Shown here piece by piece: positions 1 through 8,751 of a DNA stretch of 41,493 nt. The translations under genes were made by a program, and so were the position numbers. Each line of letters begins with the position of its first letter. Within the stretch, counting starts at the first letter, position 1. The stretch lies in assembly GCA_052144275.1 (NCBI GenBank), contig JBKQQQ010001039.1, positions 1-41,493 on the forward strand, written 5' to 3'. This stretch comes from Streptosporangiaceae bacterium (lineage in GTDB: Bacteria > Actinomycetota > Actinomycetes > Streptosporangiales > Streptosporangiaceae). The notes under the pieces are model-generated. The model did no database searches and was not told the origin of the DNA. It worked only from the letters and a program-made list of their open reading frames with translations.

Positions 1-75
1 GGCGACCAGGTCAGCGCCGTCATCTCCGGACGGCACGGCACGGCCTGCTGTCACACTGTAGATATACAGTAGGAC

Positions 76-456
76 ATGACCAGGACAAAGGATCTATGCC
101 ACCCTGAGACCGTGCGTGTCGCCGCCACCCACCAGGCCGAGGCCAGCAAGATCGCCGCCGAGCTCGCCGCCATCGCCAGCTCCGGCATGGTGCTGCCCGG
201 CTCGATCACCGAACGGCGCACCCGCTGCGGCCGCCGCAACTGCAGCTGCCACGCCGACCCGCCCCGCCTGCACGGCCCGTACCTGCAATGGACCCGCAAA
301 ATCGCCGCGAAAACGATCTGCCGCTGGCTCAGCCCCGACCAGCACCGCGACTACCAGCCCTGGATCGACAACGACCGCCGCCTGCACGAACTGCTCACCC
401 AGCTCGAAGCCCTCGGCGCCGCCGCCTTCGAAGCCGACCCCCGCTGGGCACGCTAG
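76..456 (+). CDS. DUF6788-like small Cys-rich protein (recombinase-associated)
   Basis: The 126-aa ORF carries the motif RCGRRNCSCHADPPRLHGPY, which I recall as typical of the zinc-ribbon-like DUF6788 family. It lies directly upstream of a tyrosine recombinase. A 6-bp inverted repeat (ACTGTA-gata-TACAGT) sits at 55-70, just upstream. Confidence 0.6.
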   Translation: MTRTKDLCHPETVRVAATHQAEASKIAAELAAIASSGMVLPGSITERRTRCGRRNCSCHADPPRLHGPYLQWTRKIAAKTICRWLSPDQHRDYQPWIDNDRRLHELLTQLEALGAAAFEADPRWAR

Positions 457-715
457 CCAGCCAAGACAAACGTGGGCAGCGCCCGCTTAACCTGTGGGCA
501 GCCCGCCAGCCACAGCCCATCGAACCAGGTCAGCCCCAAACGTGAAGACCTCACCACCTTGAGGACGATCAGTCAGCCCTCTTACCTGCGCAGACAGCAG
601 GAAGACAGGGATTCCCATGGCGCTGCAAGCGCTCATCGTTAAGTTCTCTGACCTGCGGAAACGCTCACGCACGGATGCGTGCGCTCCCGCAGAACCGCAG
701 GAAGAGAGAAAAACG

Positions 716-1672
716 ATGACCGTCCCGCAATCCCGTCCCCGGCGGCGCAAGCCTCTGGATGCCGGGCCGTTCGCTCCAGAGATCGGGTCGTTCCGGCTGC
801 ACCTGGCGGCCGAGGGCAAGGCGCCCAAGACGGTGCGGACCTACACCGAAGCCGTGCAGTGGTTCGCCGCCGCCCACTTGCTCCCGCGCACCAGCTGCAC
901 CAGGTGGGAGCAGGTCAGCGGCCACGATGTGCAGCGGTGGCTGGTGCACCTGCTGTCCTTGTACAGCGACGCGTACGCCAGCAATCAGTTCCGGGCGCTG
1001 CAGCAGTTCTTCCGCTGGCTCGCGGAAGAGGAGCAGCTCCCGGACCCGATGACCCGGCTGAGCGCGCCGAAGGTGACCGAGAAGCTCGTGCCGGTATTCA
1101 CCAGCGAAGAACTATCGGCCCTGGAGAAGACCTGCCAGGGCCGCTCGTTCGCCCAGCGGCGCGATGCCGCGATCATCGCGGTCCTCACCGCAACCGGCAT
1201 GCGGGCCGGGGAGCTAGCCGGGATCCGCTATGACGCGGGCGACCCGCGGCGCAGCGATGTTGACCTGTGGAGGCGGGAGATCACGGTGCGCGGCAAGGGC
1301 GGCAGGGCGCGGGTGGTCCGGATCGGCCACGAGGCGGCAAGGGCGCTGGACCGGTACCTCCGGGTCCGCTCGAAGCACGGGCAGGCGTGGCGGGCGGAGC
1401 TGTGGCTGGGCGTAAACAACCGGGGGCCGATGACCGCGAACGGGATCTACCAGATGATCGCCCGCCGCGGCCGGCAGTGCGGGGTAGATGCCTGGACGCA
1501 CCGGTTCCGGCACCATTTCAGTCACACCTGGCTGGACCGCGGCGGGGCGGAGGGGGACCTGATGGAGCTCAATGGCTGGTCCTCCCCGCAGATGCTCCGC
1601 CGGTACGGCGCCAGCGCCCGCAGCGCCCGGGCGCGCCGCACCTATGACCGCGTCATGGAAGGCAGCCCGTAG
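716..1672 (+). CDS. tyrosine-type site-specific recombinase/integrase (XerC/D-like)
   Basis: It has an N-terminal SAM-like domain (TYTEAVQWF...). The catalytic region shows RAGELAGI, HRFRHHFSHTW and LNGWSSPQMLRRY (R..H-x-x-R..H..Y pattern). The start is taken at ATG 716, after GGAAGAGAG. The ORF track begins at 617. Confidence 0.9.
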   Translation: MTVPQSRPRRRKPLDAGPFAPEIGSFRLHLAAEGKAPKTVRTYTEAVQWFAAAHLLPRTSCTRWEQVSGHDVQRWLVHLLSLYSDAYASNQFRALQQFFRWLAEEEQLPDPMTRLSAPKVTEKLVPVFTSEELSALEKTCQGRSFAQRRDAAIIAVLTATGMRAGELAGIRYDAGDPRRSDVDLWRREITVRGKGGRARVVRIGHEAARALDRYLRVRSKHGQAWRAELWLGVNNRGPMTANGIYQMIARRGRQCGVDAWTHRFRHHFSHTWLDRGGAEGDLMELNGWSSPQMLRRYGASARSARARRTYDRVMEGSP

Positions 1673-1815
1673 CCGCACGTGGCATGCTGGGCGCCCTGGC
1701 CGTGATGTGGGCCTTGTGCCGGTGATTGCCCCGGCCTTGCCCAGGGAATGGCGTCACTGGCGGGTTCTGAGAAATTGCCTCATACTCGGAATCATGAAGG
1801 GCGGAGGGAGGTGCC

Positions 1816-2289
1816 ATGACCATAGCTGTTGAGGAAAAGCGTCTCCGCAGCCTGTTCGAACGGGTCGAGGTCGTGGAGGACGTGGCCAGGACGCTCCCCG
1901 AGGACGACGAGCGCCGGGCAAGGCTCCTGACGGTCTCAGACAGCGCGCTGGCGGAGGAAGGCACTGTACGGCCGGTCATCGCGGCCCGGATTCTCGGGCT
2001 GAGCGAGAAGACGATCCGTGCCTGGGCGGCGGCGGGCGTCCTGACCGTCGCCCGGCGCTCCCCCAGGCTGCTGCTGGATGTGCGCAGCGTTCATGCGGTC
2101 AGTCACCTGGTCAGCGAGCTGCGGGCCGCCGGGCAGGACCGGGATCTGCTGGATCAGGTGTGGCGCCGTCTTGAGGACGCGGCCTTGCTGGATCGCGCGG
2201 ACCTGCGCGAAAGCCTGGACCAGATGCGCCGCGGTGAGGGCCGCGTACTCCGCCCGATCCGCTCCGGCAGCCCTCCGGAGAGCCGCTAA
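1816..2289 (+). CDS. helix-turn-helix DNA-binding protein (MerR/excisionase-like HTH)
   Basis: The 157-aa ORF is preceded by the SD GGAGGGAGG. The segment VIAARILGLSEKTIRAWAAAGVL resembles an HTH_17/MerR-type helix-turn-helix. GC3 is high. Confidence 0.55.
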   Translation: MTIAVEEKRLRSLFERVEVVEDVARTLPEDDERRARLLTVSDSALAEEGTVRPVIAARILGLSEKTIRAWAAAGVLTVARRSPRLLLDVRSVHAVSHLVSELRAAGQDRDLLDQVWRRLEDAALLDRADLRESLDQMRRGEGRVLRPIRSGSPPESR

Positions 2290-2299
2290 AGTCCGGGGC

Positions 2300-2494
2300 G
2301 TGCCCACCGAAGTCATCGCCACGCCCCGCGCGGACCAGCAGATCGCCGGGCTGGACCGCACCCATGCCAAGGCGTTCGGCGAGTTCTTGGATGACCTGGC
2401 GGCCCGGGGTTGCAAGGCGCTCGGCTACCGGCTGAGCGGCCCGGCGCCCGTGGACCACATGCGCGTCAAGCACCTGCGAGATTCAGCGATCTAG
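2300..2494 (+). CDS. small hypothetical protein, possibly a 3'-truncated toxin-like partner of the upstream HTH protein
   Basis: A GTG start lies 11 nt after the stop of the HTH gene and opens a 64-aa ORF. The ORF ends in a CTAG shared with the stop of the convergent kinase gene. Family not recognised. Confidence 0.3.
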   Translation: MPTEVIATPRADQQIAGLDRTHAKAFGEFLDDLAARGCKALGYRLSGPAPVDHMRVKHLRDSAI

Positions 2495-3855
2495 AGGGCG
2501 CCCAGGGCAATGCCGAGGGCCTGCAGGGCGTGACGGAGGCGGCTGGCGGCCGGCCCGGTGATCTGCCCTTGTGATTGGTGCTGGTCGTAGGCCTGGATGA
2601 GTTGCTGGTATTGCTGCTGGATCTGCTGGGTGTTCTGGCCTGGCGGGCCGAACAGCAGCTGCTGCAGGTGGTTGAACAGGTCCTGCCCGGCCTGCGGGGT
2701 CACCTGGCCGTCGGCGACGGCGGCTTGCAGGTCGCCGACGAACGCGCCAGCTGCTGCGGCGGCCGGGGGCAGGGCGCTGGCCTGCGTCCGTGCGGCCGCG
2801 TTGCGGGGCGTGGGGGTCGTGCGGACGGCGGCCGCGTGCGTGGCGGCCGGGTGCCCAGGCGGGGAGAAGACCCGGGGATGGCCGGGCACGCCGGCCAGGA
2901 GCACCGCGGCGAGCGCGATCAGCGATGCGGCCAGGGCGGCCGTGAGCACCGCCTCGGCCAGGCGGGGACGCCACCGCCCCGGGCGGCCCGGCTCCGGGTC
3001 GCCGGCCGGTGTCAGCACGGCGGTGGCGTCCGGGGTCAGCGCCGCCAGCAACGCGGCCCTGGCCGCGGCGGCACTGGCCGGCCGGCCGGCCGGGTTCTTG
3101 GCCAGCAGCCGCCCGGTGACCTGGTCGAGCCGGCCGGGCAGCCCGGGGCGCCGAGCCGACGGCGGCCCGGGATCCTCATGGACCTGCCGGTAGGCCAGGC
3201 CGACCGTAGTGCCGGCGGAGAACGGCGGCGCTCCGGTGAGCATCTCGAACAAGACGCAGCCCAGGGAGTACAGGTCGGACTGCGGACCGGCCGCCTGGCC
3301 GGATGCCTGTTCAGGGGACAGGTATGCGGCGGTGCCTAGCACACCTAGAGTCCCGGTCGTGCCGTCGCCGCCATCGGCCCGGGCGATGCCGAAGTCGAGG
3401 ACCTTGACCTCGCCGCCGCCGGTCAGCATGATGTTCGCGGGCTTGATGTCGCGGTGTACCAGCCCGGCCGCGTGCGCGACCTCCAGCGCCTCGCAGACCG
3501 CCGCGGCGATGCGGACCGCCTCCCCTTCCGGCAGCGGGCCGGCCTGGTCCAGGACCTGCCGCAGGGTCGGGCCGACGACCAGCTCCATCACGATGAACGC
3601 CGAGGTCCCGTCCACGCCGGAGTCGAACACGGTCACCAGCCGCGGGTGGCTGAGCCGTGCCGCGTGCCGGGCCTCTCGCTCAAACCGGGCCAGGAACCCC
3701 GGATCGGCCGCGTACTGCGGGCTGAGCACCTTGACCGCCACATCGCGGCCCAGCACCTCGTCCCTGGCCCGCCACACCATCGCCATGCCGCCCGTACCCA
3801 GGACATCCAGCATCACGTACCGGCCGGCCAGCACCCCGGTGCCCGTCACCGCCAT
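2491..3855 (-). CDS. Ser/Thr protein kinase, membrane-anchored, with a Gln-rich extracytoplasmic tail
   Basis: Hanks kinase motifs are present: LGTGGMAMVWRA, AVKVL, HRDIKPANIM, DFGIA and YLSPEQ. These are followed by a Pro/Ala linker, one TM helix (LTAALAASLIALAAVLLAGV) and a Q-rich C-terminus. The start is set at MAVTGTG (ATG 3855), and the upstream part of the 587-aa ORF looks non-coding. Confidence 0.88.
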   Translation of the reverse strand: MAVTGTGVLAGRYVMLDVLGTGGMAMVWRARDEVLGRDVAVKVLSPQYAADPGFLARFEREARHAARLSHPRLVTVFDSGVDGTSAFIVMELVVGPTLRQVLDQAGPLPEGEAVRIAAAVCEALEVAHAAGLVHRDIKPANIMLTGGGEVKVLDFGIARADGGDGTTGTLGVLGTAAYLSPEQASGQAAGPQSDLYSLGCVLFEMLTGAPPFSAGTTVGLAYRQVHEDPGPPSARRPGLPGRLDQVTGRLLAKNPAGRPASAAAARAALLAALTPDATAVLTPAGDPEPGRPGRWRPRLAEAVLTAALAASLIALAAVLLAGVPGHPRVFSPPGHPAATHAAAVRTTPTPRNAAARTQASALPPAAAAAGAFVGDLQAAVADGQVTPQAGQDLFNHLQQLLFGPPGQNTQQIQQQYQQLIQAYDQHQSQGQITGPAASRLRHALQALGIALGAL

Positions 3856-4357
3856 GACTGCGCCCCGCGCCAGATGCCCGCCCGATCCGCGCCAGGCAGA
3901 GTACAGGCTCGCGAGGTGCGCCCGCACGTAGCCGCCGGCCACCCGGCCCTGACGTCCGCGGAAAAGACCGCAGGCTCCTGGCTCATAGCCCAGAACATAC
4001 CTAAAGCGCCCCCGCACGGCAGCGTCTTCCGCGCCGCTCACGCATGCTGCACCTCCCTGGTGCGGTCCCGGCCCTGAGCAGATCCACCGCCCGCGCGGCG
4101 CCACGGCCTCTCGCGACGTCGCTCGCCCGCGTCGCCAGCCATCGTTCCTGATGCCCGGCCCCGGCTCCCGGCGCGTGCTGGGGTGCCAGGCATCAGCCCA
4201 AGCTTCCTGGCCGCCGCCACTGGTCCAGGCACGCCCCGGCGGGGCACCGTTCACCGGCTAGCCGCAGGTACATCGCCGCTGCAGCATCCGGCAACCCGGC
4301 AGCGGCCGCGCCCATAGTTGCGGGCAGCCGGGCGGCGCCGGTATCTTCCGGCGAATC

Positions 4358-4375
4358 CATCAAACTGACTTGATG
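4358..4375. promoter_or_regulatory. inverted repeat CATCAA-N6-TTGATG overlapping the arsR-arsC start codon (candidate ArsR operator)
   Basis: The repeat has perfect 6-bp arms, or 8-bp arms with one mismatch. It lies in a locally AT-richer patch immediately at the start of the ArsR-fusion gene. Confidence 0.35.
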
Positions 4376-5158
4376 TATTCTCTAGGGGTGGGGTCAGGCA
4401 CGCAGCCCGCGCCGCCGCCGTTCGCGCGGCTGGCGGGCCATCCGCTGCGCTGGCGGCTGCTGCGTGAGCTCGCGCGCAGCGATCTGCGGGTGCGGGAACT
4501 GGCGATGCTGGCCGGGCAGCCGCAGAACCTGGTCTCCTACCACCTGGCGCAGCTCCGGGGCAGTGGCCTGGTGGGGACGAGGCGCAGCAGCTTCGACGGC
4601 CGTGACACCTATTACCACCTTGACCTGGCGCGGTGCGCGCGGTCGCTGGCGGCGGCCGGGGCGGCGCTGCATCCCGGGTTGCGGCTTGATCCCGTACCCG
4701 TGGCCCTGGTCACGGGGCGGTGCACGGTGCTGTTCTTGTGCACCGGCAACAGCGCCCGCTCGCAGGTGGCTGAGGCGCTGGCCCAGGCCCGGTCCGGCGG
4801 CCGGGTGCAAGCGGCCAGCGCGGGCAGCCAGCCCAGGCCGCTGCACCCCGATGCGGTGCGGGTGATGGCGGCCCGGGGCATCGACCTGGCCGGGCGGCAC
4901 GCCAAGCATTACCGCGTGTTCGCAGGGCACCGGTTCGACTACGTGATCACCTTGTGCGACCGGGTCCGGGAAGCCTGCCCGGAGTTCCCCGGCCATCCCG
5001 CCGCCGTCCACTGGAGCATCCCCGACCCGGCCGCCGGCGGTGACGTGGACACGTACCCGGCGTTCGAGCGGATGGCGGCCGATCTGGACGCCCGGATCGG
5101 GTTCTGGCTTGCTGCTGTCAGCGCAGCGCCCGCGCATGCATCTGTCCAGGAGGTGTGA
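4373..5158 (+). CDS. ArsR/SmtB-family HTH fused to an LMW-PTP-type arsenate reductase (ArsC)
   Basis: The N-terminal half is an ArsR wHTH (LRWRLLRELARSDLRVRELAMLAGQPQNLVSYHLAQLR). The C-terminal half has the P-loop CTGNSARS and the Cys pair in TLCDRVREACP, which is typical of thioredoxin-coupled ArsC. The start could be ATG 4373 or GTG 4388. Confidence 0.8.
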   Translation: MYSLGVGSGTQPAPPPFARLAGHPLRWRLLRELARSDLRVRELAMLAGQPQNLVSYHLAQLRGSGLVGTRRSSFDGRDTYYHLDLARCARSLAAAGAALHPGLRLDPVPVALVTGRCTVLFLCTGNSARSQVAEALAQARSGGRVQAASAGSQPRPLHPDAVRVMAARGIDLAGRHAKHYRVFAGHRFDYVITLCDRVREACPEFPGHPAAVHWSIPDPAAGGDVDTYPAFERMAADLDARIGFWLAAVSAAPAHASVQEV

Positions 5159-5559
5159 TGACGAATCCGCAAGAGGTGGTTAGCGTCCGCTACATGGTCG
5201 ATGACGTGCAGGAAGCCGTCGGCTTCTATACCGGCCACCTCGGCTTCACGCTGCTGTCCAGCGCGGCGCCCGCGTTCGCCGACGTCGCCCGCGGCAGCCT
5301 GCGGCTGCTGCTGGCCGGCCCGCAAAGCTCAGCAGGCCGGCCCATGCCCGATGGCCGCAAGCCCCGGCCGGGCGGCTGGAACCGGATTCACCTGATCGTG
5401 GCGGACATCGCGGCGGAGGTCGCCCGGCTCCGCGCCGAAGGCGTGCGCTTCCCCAACGAGATCGTCACCGGCCCCGGCGGGAAGCAGATCCTGATCGAGG
5501 ACCCGGCGGGGAACGTGGTCGAGTTGTTCCAGCCCGCCACCTCTCCGCCCGGCCGCTGA
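5158..5559 (+). CDS. VOC (glyoxalase/bleomycin-resistance fold) family protein
   Basis: The 133-aa ORF shows VRYMVDDVQEAVGFYTGHLGF...IEDPAGNVVELFQ, the typical VOC beta-alpha-beta-beta-beta signature. Its start overlaps the upstream stop (TGATG). Confidence 0.75.
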   Translation: MTNPQEVVSVRYMVDDVQEAVGFYTGHLGFTLLSSAAPAFADVARGSLRLLLAGPQSSAGRPMPDGRKPRPGGWNRIHLIVADIAAEVARLRAEGVRFPNEIVTGPGGKQILIEDPAGNVVELFQPATSPPGR

Positions 5560-6743
5560 TGCCGGCCGCTGCCGGGGAGGGGGCCCCGGCGCCGCTGCCC
5601 GGCCCGGGGCTCGGCACGGTGCTGCGCGAGTGGGGCCGGATCGGCTGCATCGGGTTCGGCGGGCCGCCGACCCACATCAGGCTGCTGCGCGAGCTGTGCG
5701 TCGAGCGGGAGCACTGGCTGGACGCGGCCGAGTTCGAGGACGCGATCGCCGCGTGCAACCTGCTGCCCGGCCCGGCCTCCACCCAGCTGGCGATCTTCTG
5801 CGCCTGGCGGGTCCGCGGCCGGGCCGGCGCGCTGGCTGGCGGTGCCGCGTTCATCGTCCCTGGCCTGATCGTGATCCTCGCCCTGGCCGCGCTGTTCCTC
5901 AGCGGCAGCCCGCCGCTGTGGGTGCTCGGCGCCGGCGCGGGCGCCGGGGCCGCCGTTCCCGCGGTCGCCCTCCAGGCCGGCGCTTCCCTGCTCGGCGCCA
6001 GCTGGCAGCGCCGCAAGCAGGCCATCCGCTGGCTGGCCTACCTGGTCGCCGGGGCGGCCGCCGCCGCGGTCATCGGCGTGTGGCTGGTCCTGGTCCTGCT
6101 CTGCTGCGGCGTGATCGAGCTCACCGCCCAGCGCGCCATCCCCCGCCTCACGACGACGAACGGGATCACCGCGTTCCCGCTGCTGGCTGCCGGAGCGGTC
6201 ACCGGCGGGACGCTGCTGTCGGTGGCCTGGGTGGCGTTCAAGGTCGGCGCCCTGTCTTTCGGCGGCGGGTTCGTGATCATCCCGCTGATGCAATCCGACG
6301 CCGTCGGCCACTACCACTGGATGACCAGCACCCAGTTCCTCAATGCCGTCGCGCTCGGCCAGATCACCCCCGGCCCGGTCGTGCAGACCGTCGCGGTGGT
6401 CGGCTACGCCGCCGCGGGCCTGGCCGGCGGACTGCTCGCCTCCGCGGTCGCGTTCACGCCGTCGTTCGCGTTCATCCTGCTCGGCGCGCACCGGTTCGAC
6501 CGCATCCGCGGCAACCCGACTGCCCGCGCGTTCCTCGACGGGGCCGGCCCGGCCGCGATCGGCGCCATCCTCGGCTCGGCCATCCCGCTGACCCGCGCAC
6601 TCGGGCAGCCCTGGCAATACGCCATCCTGGCCGCCGCCATCCTCATGCTCTTCCCGCTGCGCCGCGGTGTCGTGCTCACCCTGCTGGGTGCCGGCGCCGC
6701 CGGAGCGATAATCGCCGTTGGCGGCGCGGCGCTGCCCCATTAA
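5559..6743 (+). CDS. chrA: chromate transporter ChrA (two-domain CHR family)
   Basis: FGGPPTHIRLLRELCVEREHWLDAAEFEDAIAACNLLPGPASTQLAIF is followed by a second repeat, SFGGGFVIIPLMQ...LGQITPGPVV. The protein is polytopic. Its start overlaps the VOC stop by 1 nt. Confidence 0.9.
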   Translation: MPAAAGEGAPAPLPGPGLGTVLREWGRIGCIGFGGPPTHIRLLRELCVEREHWLDAAEFEDAIAACNLLPGPASTQLAIFCAWRVRGRAGALAGGAAFIVPGLIVILALAALFLSGSPPLWVLGAGAGAGAAVPAVALQAGASLLGASWQRRKQAIRWLAYLVAGAAAAAVIGVWLVLVLLCCGVIELTAQRAIPRLTTTNGITAFPLLAAGAVTGGTLLSVAWVAFKVGALSFGGGFVIIPLMQSDAVGHYHWMTSTQFLNAVALGQITPGPVVQTVAVVGYAAAGLAGGLLASAVAFTPSFAFILLGAHRFDRIRGNPTARAFLDGAGPAAIGAILGSAIPLTRALGQPWQYAILAAAILMLFPLRRGVVLTLLGAGAAGAIIAVGGAALPH

Positions 6744-6922
6744 CCCGGCCGGCCACCCGCGAGCCGGATCCCGCCCTCACTGCCCTGATCATCCTGTGGC
6801 CTGCCGGATCAGCTTTCAAAAGCCCGCCAGCGTGACTGCGCACCGCACGTCCCGGACATGTCCGCCACGTGAAGCCTCAGGTCAGCACGGGTAGACCGCC
6901 GTGCCGGTGCGCGCAGCACGCG

Positions 6923-7522
6923 TCATCCGGGGTCGCGCAGTGTGAGCTGCCGGCTGTGGAAGTCGAAGTGCTGCGTCGGGTACCGGTATATGTCGTACAG
7001 CGTCATGTAGCTGGTGAAGAACGGGTCCCAGGAGGTGGGGTAGTGCATCCCGCGCCGCAACGCGGAGTCTGGCTCGCGGTCCAGGCGGCGCTGCAAGGCC
7101 GAAATCACCTGGTCGAACCTGACTGCCATGCGCGAGGCAGGAATGATCCGCGCGCCCAGCCGCGACCCCCGGTAGTTCACCACGTCGAACGGGGTCCGCG
7201 CGGCGTCCAGCAGCCGCGCGAACGCGCCGCTGGCCGTGTCCGGGAGCCGGCTGAAGATCCGGGTGATCACCAGCAGCGCGGGGATGATGAGGTACCCGAA
7301 CAGCATGTGGAACAGCAGCTGCTCGTTGGTCCATCTGGTCCCGTCGGTCGGCCTGCGCAGGTCCGCGACGGTTGCGTTGTCCAGCAGGCGGTGAAACCTC
7401 TGCCCGGCCCGCTCCATCTCCTCGTGAACGGCTTGCCTGTCCAGTTCAGTAGCCAACAGCTGCCTCCTACCCGACGTGTACGCCTTGGTAAGGCCCTCCG
7501 CTGCAATCGCCGGCTCACCCAC
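6923..7522 (-). CDS. DinB-family (four-helix-bundle) protein
   Basis: The 199-aa ORF shows a DinB_2-like pattern: ERAGQRFHRLLDNATVADLRRPTDGTRWTNEQLLFHM ... YRYPTQHFDFH. It uses a GTG start preceded by GGAAGGAGG. Confidence 0.6.
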   Translation of the reverse strand: MGEPAIAAEGLTKAYTSGRRQLLATELDRQAVHEEMERAGQRFHRLLDNATVADLRRPTDGTRWTNEQLLFHMLFGYLIIPALLVITRIFSRLPDTASGAFARLLDAARTPFDVVNYRGSRLGARIIPASRMAVRFDQVISALQRRLDREPDSALRRGMHYPTSWDPFFTSYMTLYDIYRYPTQHFDFHSRQLTLRDPG

Positions 7523-7591
7523 CGCGGCCTCCTTCCCAGCTCTCCATAGATAGGTTACCTACCTATGCTCGTATGGGTAGGATACCTGCAT

Positions 7592-7933
7592 ATGAAGACA
7601 GAGGCGCAGATACTCAAGGGGCACCTCGACACGCTGCTGCTCGCCACCCTCGAAGACGGCCCCCGGCACGGCTACGCGGTCAAAGAGGCCCTCCGCGAAG
7701 CCAGCGGAGCCCGGTTCGACCTGCCCACCGGCACCATCTACCCCGCCCTGCGCCGCCTGGAATCCGCCGGGCTCCTCCGCGGCAGCTGGTCAGTCGTCAG
7801 CGGCCGCAAGCGGCGCACCTACCAGCTCACCGCCGCCGGCCGGCGGCGGCTCACCGGCGACCGTGCCGCCTGGCGCGACTTCGCCTCCACGGTAACCGGG
7901 ATCCTCGAGGCAGCCCCGTGCCCGGCGACCTGA
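7592..7933 (+). CDS. PadR-family transcriptional regulator
   Basis: LKGHLDTLLLATLEDGPRHGYAVKEALREASGARFDLPTGTIYPALRRLESAGLL is a canonical PadR wHTH. Palindromic AT-richer sequence lies upstream at about 7541-7590 (TAGGTtACCTA; CCTACC-N12-GGTAGG). Confidence 0.85.
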   Translation: MKTEAQILKGHLDTLLLATLEDGPRHGYAVKEALREASGARFDLPTGTIYPALRRLESAGLLRGSWSVVSGRKRRTYQLTAAGRRRLTGDRAAWRDFASTVTGILEAAPCPAT

Positions 7934-8490
7934 CCAGCGCCTACCTCGCCGACCTCAGCCGCCGCCTCCCGGCGGGCATCGTCGACGAGATCGCCGACGG
8001 CCTAGCCGAAGCACGCGAGCACCATCTCGCCCGCGGGCTCACCGACCTGGACGCCGCGCACGCCGCCCTCGCCGAATTCGGCGACGCCCGGCAGCTCGCC
8101 GCCCAGTTCACCCGGCACGCGCCCGGCCGGCGCGCCGCCCGCATCATGCTCACCAGCGGCCCCGCCGTCGGCGCCTGCTGGGGCGCCGCCCTGATCAGCA
8201 CCCGCGCCTGGACCTGGCCCGTGCCAGCCGCCGCCCGGATCGCCTTCGGCGCAGCGCTGCTGCTCGCCATCGCCGCCCTCGCCGGCGCCGCCACCGGCCA
8301 GCACAGCTACCGCCGCACCCGGCTGGCCGTGCCAGGCAGCATCGGCCTCATCATCCTGGACACAGCCATGATCGCCGCCGCGCTCCTCGCCGCGCCGGCC
8401 TTCACCTGGATCCTGGCCACCGCCACCGCTACCAGCTTGACCCGCTCGGGACTGGCCGCACGCCTCATCCCGCGCACCGTCACCCGCTAA
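7918..8490 (+). CDS. PadR-associated membrane protein (DUF1700-like N-terminal helices plus 4 TM segments)
   Basis: A GTG start overlaps the end of padR by 16 nt. The N-terminus reads YLADLSRRLPAGIVDEIADGLAEAREHH. Several hydrophobic helices follow. Confidence 0.5.
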   Translation: MPGDLTSAYLADLSRRLPAGIVDEIADGLAEAREHHLARGLTDLDAAHAALAEFGDARQLAAQFTRHAPGRRAARIMLTSGPAVGACWGAALISTRAWTWPVPAAARIAFGAALLLAIAALAGAATGQHSYRRTRLAVPGSIGLIILDTAMIAAALLAAPAFTWILATATATSLTRSGLAARLIPRTVTR

Positions 8491-8494
8491 CACC

Positions 8495-8751
8495 GCGGTG
8501 ATGCCGCTGCTGGGCCGCGCCAAGCACAAGCTCTCGGCCCGGCTGGGCTCGGCCGCCACCGCCGGGGAAGGCACCCAGAACTACCCGTGCGCCGCGCAGG
8601 CCAGGCCTGCGCCGCCGCCGTGCTGGCCGTGCTGGCCATCACCGCCGCCTGGCCCGGCGGCTGGCGGATTGATCCCGTCATCGGCCTGGGCATCGCCGCG
8701 GTAGCAGTGCGCGAAGGCATCCGATCCTGGCCCGGCGACGACTGCTGCTGA
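8495..8751 (+). pseudogene. 3' fragment of a cation-efflux (CDF-like) gene, 5'-truncated and frame-disrupted
   Basis: The fragment translates to MPLLGRAKHKLSARLGSAATAGEGTQNY, matching residues of the intact gene at 40051-40755. An ~11-nt indel near 8606-8620 breaks the frame, and no 5' part is present. Confidence 0.75.

Noticed and set aside
2491-4254. The full 587-aa version of the Ser/Thr kinase ORF.
   Set aside because: The first 133 residues are Gly/Arg/Trp-rich with weaker codon bias, and they precede the canonical kinase N-terminus (MAVTGTGVLAGRY...). I placed the start at 3855. An intermediate GTG start cannot be excluded.
5388-6740. A 450-aa ORF on the minus strand, antisense to chrA.
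   Set aside because: Its composition is Arg/Gly/Asp/Glu/Pro-rich low complexity with no motifs. This is the typical stop-free shadow frame of ~70% GC DNA. The plus strand encodes an unmistakable ChrA.
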